This document shows, one piece after another, positions 26,901 to 29,900 of a stretch of DNA of 32,000 bases. Below the pieces are notes generated by a model. That model ran no database searches. It was not told where the DNA came from and saw only the letters and a list, made by a program, of their open reading frames with translations. The stretch's first letter is position 1; every line of letters starts with the position of its first letter. The position numbers and the translations under genes are program-made. This DNA comes from Chlamydiota bacterium (GTDB lineage Bacteria; Auribacterota; JACPWU01), in NCBI GenBank assembly GCA_016196885.1, contig JACPWU010000003.1, positions 1 through 32,000 of the forward strand, in the 5' to 3' direction.

Positions 26901-29900
26901 CTTTTCCAGCCAATTTGTCGTCACTCAACATGAGTTTACTCCACTCTGTCGTAAGTTCTATGGTCTTGTGGGTAAAGCTCTCTTCACGCATCATAATTCA
27001 TCCGCTCCTTAATGTATCGGTCTCGGTAGAGGCGCCAGTTGATTTTAAGATCTTGTTCAGCAATCGTCAGGGCTTCGTTCAAGTCAACCAACCCCATGGG
27101 CGTTTTTTCGACGGCACGGCCAGGCCGGTACAGGTCACGATGGGCGAAATCGTGCGCCGTGTCATAACGAACGATTGGCTCCCAACCGTTCCCACTCCAA
27201 TACTCCAATTGTACCACAAATTCCACGACTTGCTTTCCAAATCGCTGGTGCCAATGTCTCAATCGGCAATCCCTGGGCAAGAGGTCGACCACGAAGCTGC
27301 GAATCTGAGCCATCCGCTAAGTCTATCGCATGCCCCAGGATATGTCAATGAGGCCGGGCGAGATCTATTGACTTCCACTTCCACCAAAGCCGCGGGCGGG
27401 ACACATCCTCTTTCTTCAAACAGAGTCACCGAAATTTTGGGCAAGATGAAGGAAAGGGGAATTCAAGGACGGGTGATCGCCAGAGATGATTCTCGCTTTA
27501 AGGGCATCGAATCTAAAACGGATGATTTCTTAAGACCTTTAGGTCTTGCAGGTGAAGGAAACAAAGGCTTGGAAAGCATGACGGTTTTTGACGAGGTGGA
27601 TTTGTCTTACACCTCGACGGATGGAACCGAAGTGCATGTGAGCCTCAAGAAAGGCGATTCTGTTTTCACAGTGACAGAGACCCAAAAGGGAGAATCTCGA
27701 ACGACCCAAATCGTTGCTTTTAGAGATGATGAAGGCGGCGTTTATACAACAGCAAGATTTTGGGATCAAGCGTCTGACGAGGCTTGGGTCGAGCTCTGTG
27801 TTCATGAAATCAGCGAAGTCAATGCGAAGACGAACCAGAAAATTATTTCTGCGCTTAATCAAATTCAAGTGGATTCCACGGGTCCCGATGCTCGAGTCGA
27901 GTTTTTTAAGCGATTTTATGTTTCTCTAACAATTCAAAACAATCAGATCACGAGTCTTAAATCTTCTAATGAATCCGATCCGGCTCACGTTCTAGCTGAG
28001 TTTCTGGAGGTGGTCAGGACGTTACAAGTTTTGAGGCAACCCATCACGACAGAAAATGTATTAAGGACGGTCAGCGTTTTGGATCAGAATATAGGAGGCC
28101 TGTCTCAAGGTTTGTCTAAAAATCCTCTTGTGGGACAAGAGCCTACCCATCGGTTTTCAAATTCGAATGCAGAGTTTGTTGATTCAGAGAAGTTGAAGAG
28201 ATTAAGAGGATTGGCGGAACTCTTTTATGAGGCTTATACAGATGCTTTTGAAGCCAATAGACTGAGTCAGGGTGAAGCCAAGTGGACCGAAAAGGATATC
28301 TTCATTACAGATCCGCTCACGAATCAAAAAATGACCATTCAGGATCTTGAAAATATTGAACTTCAATTAAGCGTTGGAGAAAAGAAAACAGAGGCTATTC
28401 AAGGAGAATATCGTCCCTATAGAAGACGCATTGCTAATCTTAAAGGTGTTAAACGTTTAAGTCTCCAAGATGCTTATGGTCCCATGCTTAGAAAAGTTCA
28501 ATCAGAGTTAAGTCAGGGTAAGCAATCTGTGGTTTTGCGCATTGGAGGACGAAGTGGCACCGGCAAAACAAGTATTGCGGATGAGATGGGTAAGTGGGGA
28601 CTGGGCCCTATTTTACCATCAGAAATTTCTGTCTTGCATGCGGATGATTTAGTTGGTTTTGACTCTATGCGGCTTGCTGTTGAGGTCGAGAAGAAAAAGG
28701 GAAAGAAGTTGATTATTTTAGAGGGAACTTATTCATTGCGTGGGAGAGAAATGATTTTTGAAGAGAATGCTCCTGAAATAGAAGCGGACGTTCAAGTTTT
28801 TGTGGAATTACACGAAGATACCCGCGTTCAGCGTCTTTTTGAGAGAGCTCATTTTCGTGATAGATCCTGGATTGCCTATATGGATCGAGTGATCAAGGAT
28901 CGAGAGGATATTCTTCGGGTTGCAAGCAGATACTTGCCTGAGTCCTTAGAAAAAAGGATTGTGGATACAGTCCAACAGGTAGATGGAGAAAAAAATGTTG
29001 CAAAGGCAGGTGGGTATTATAAAGCTGCAAAGAAACTACTCTTAGAACATCTTTTAGCTGTTAGAACACAAGGTGCAAACTCGATGTTTGATTTTGCGAG
29101 AGTAGAAAATCTAATCGATCGCTATACCATTGATCAGGAACGAAGAACAGCGGACATTATTATCAAAAATGATCAGTATAATACCGGATTAGGTGTTCTT
29201 GCTGACAATCAAAGCCTCATTTTTAGAGACTCTTTGAAGCGACTTTCCAGTTTACTTCCTTCAATACAGAAAAATAAAGATGAGATTGTGACCCTTATCA
29301 TCACACTTGTTAGAGATTTTTCAAGCAACCCTATCATTTTAGGAATAGAAGACTTGTTTCAACAAGAAGGCACGACACAAAGACTTACAACAATGAAAAC
29401 AGATCCATTAAGGAAATGGGTAGAAAAATTCTTAATTTTACCTGCTCATGTTTCTCAGCTCTCAAGGTTGGTAAGAACCAGCTTAAGAGAGACCTCTCGA
29501 AATCCCAGCTTTCTCCACTCTACCCTGGGCGATAAGCCTAGAGATGAGGTGAAGCGATGGATTGATCAAAATGCTGACTTCGTAGAGCGATATGCTCCCA
29601 TCAGGCGCGGCTTGTCACAATTTATGCGCCGTTATTCTTTGGGTGCTGCGAATATATTGGGTGGCTTAAGTGTGGGTTTCTCAAGAGAGACGTGGTATCG
29701 AATTTTTGCGATTGGGTTTGTGGGATCTTTGATCAGTGGGATGGCCGCATTTGTTTTATCTCTTTCTTCAGATCGACTTGGCTTTGCAATATTGTCAGGT
29801 CTTGCGATCACTTTATTAACCTCAGTTGTTGTAGATGATATGGCCATGAGTTTTGCAGAGGCACATTATGTAGTAACGAGTGAGAATTATTTGGCAGGAA

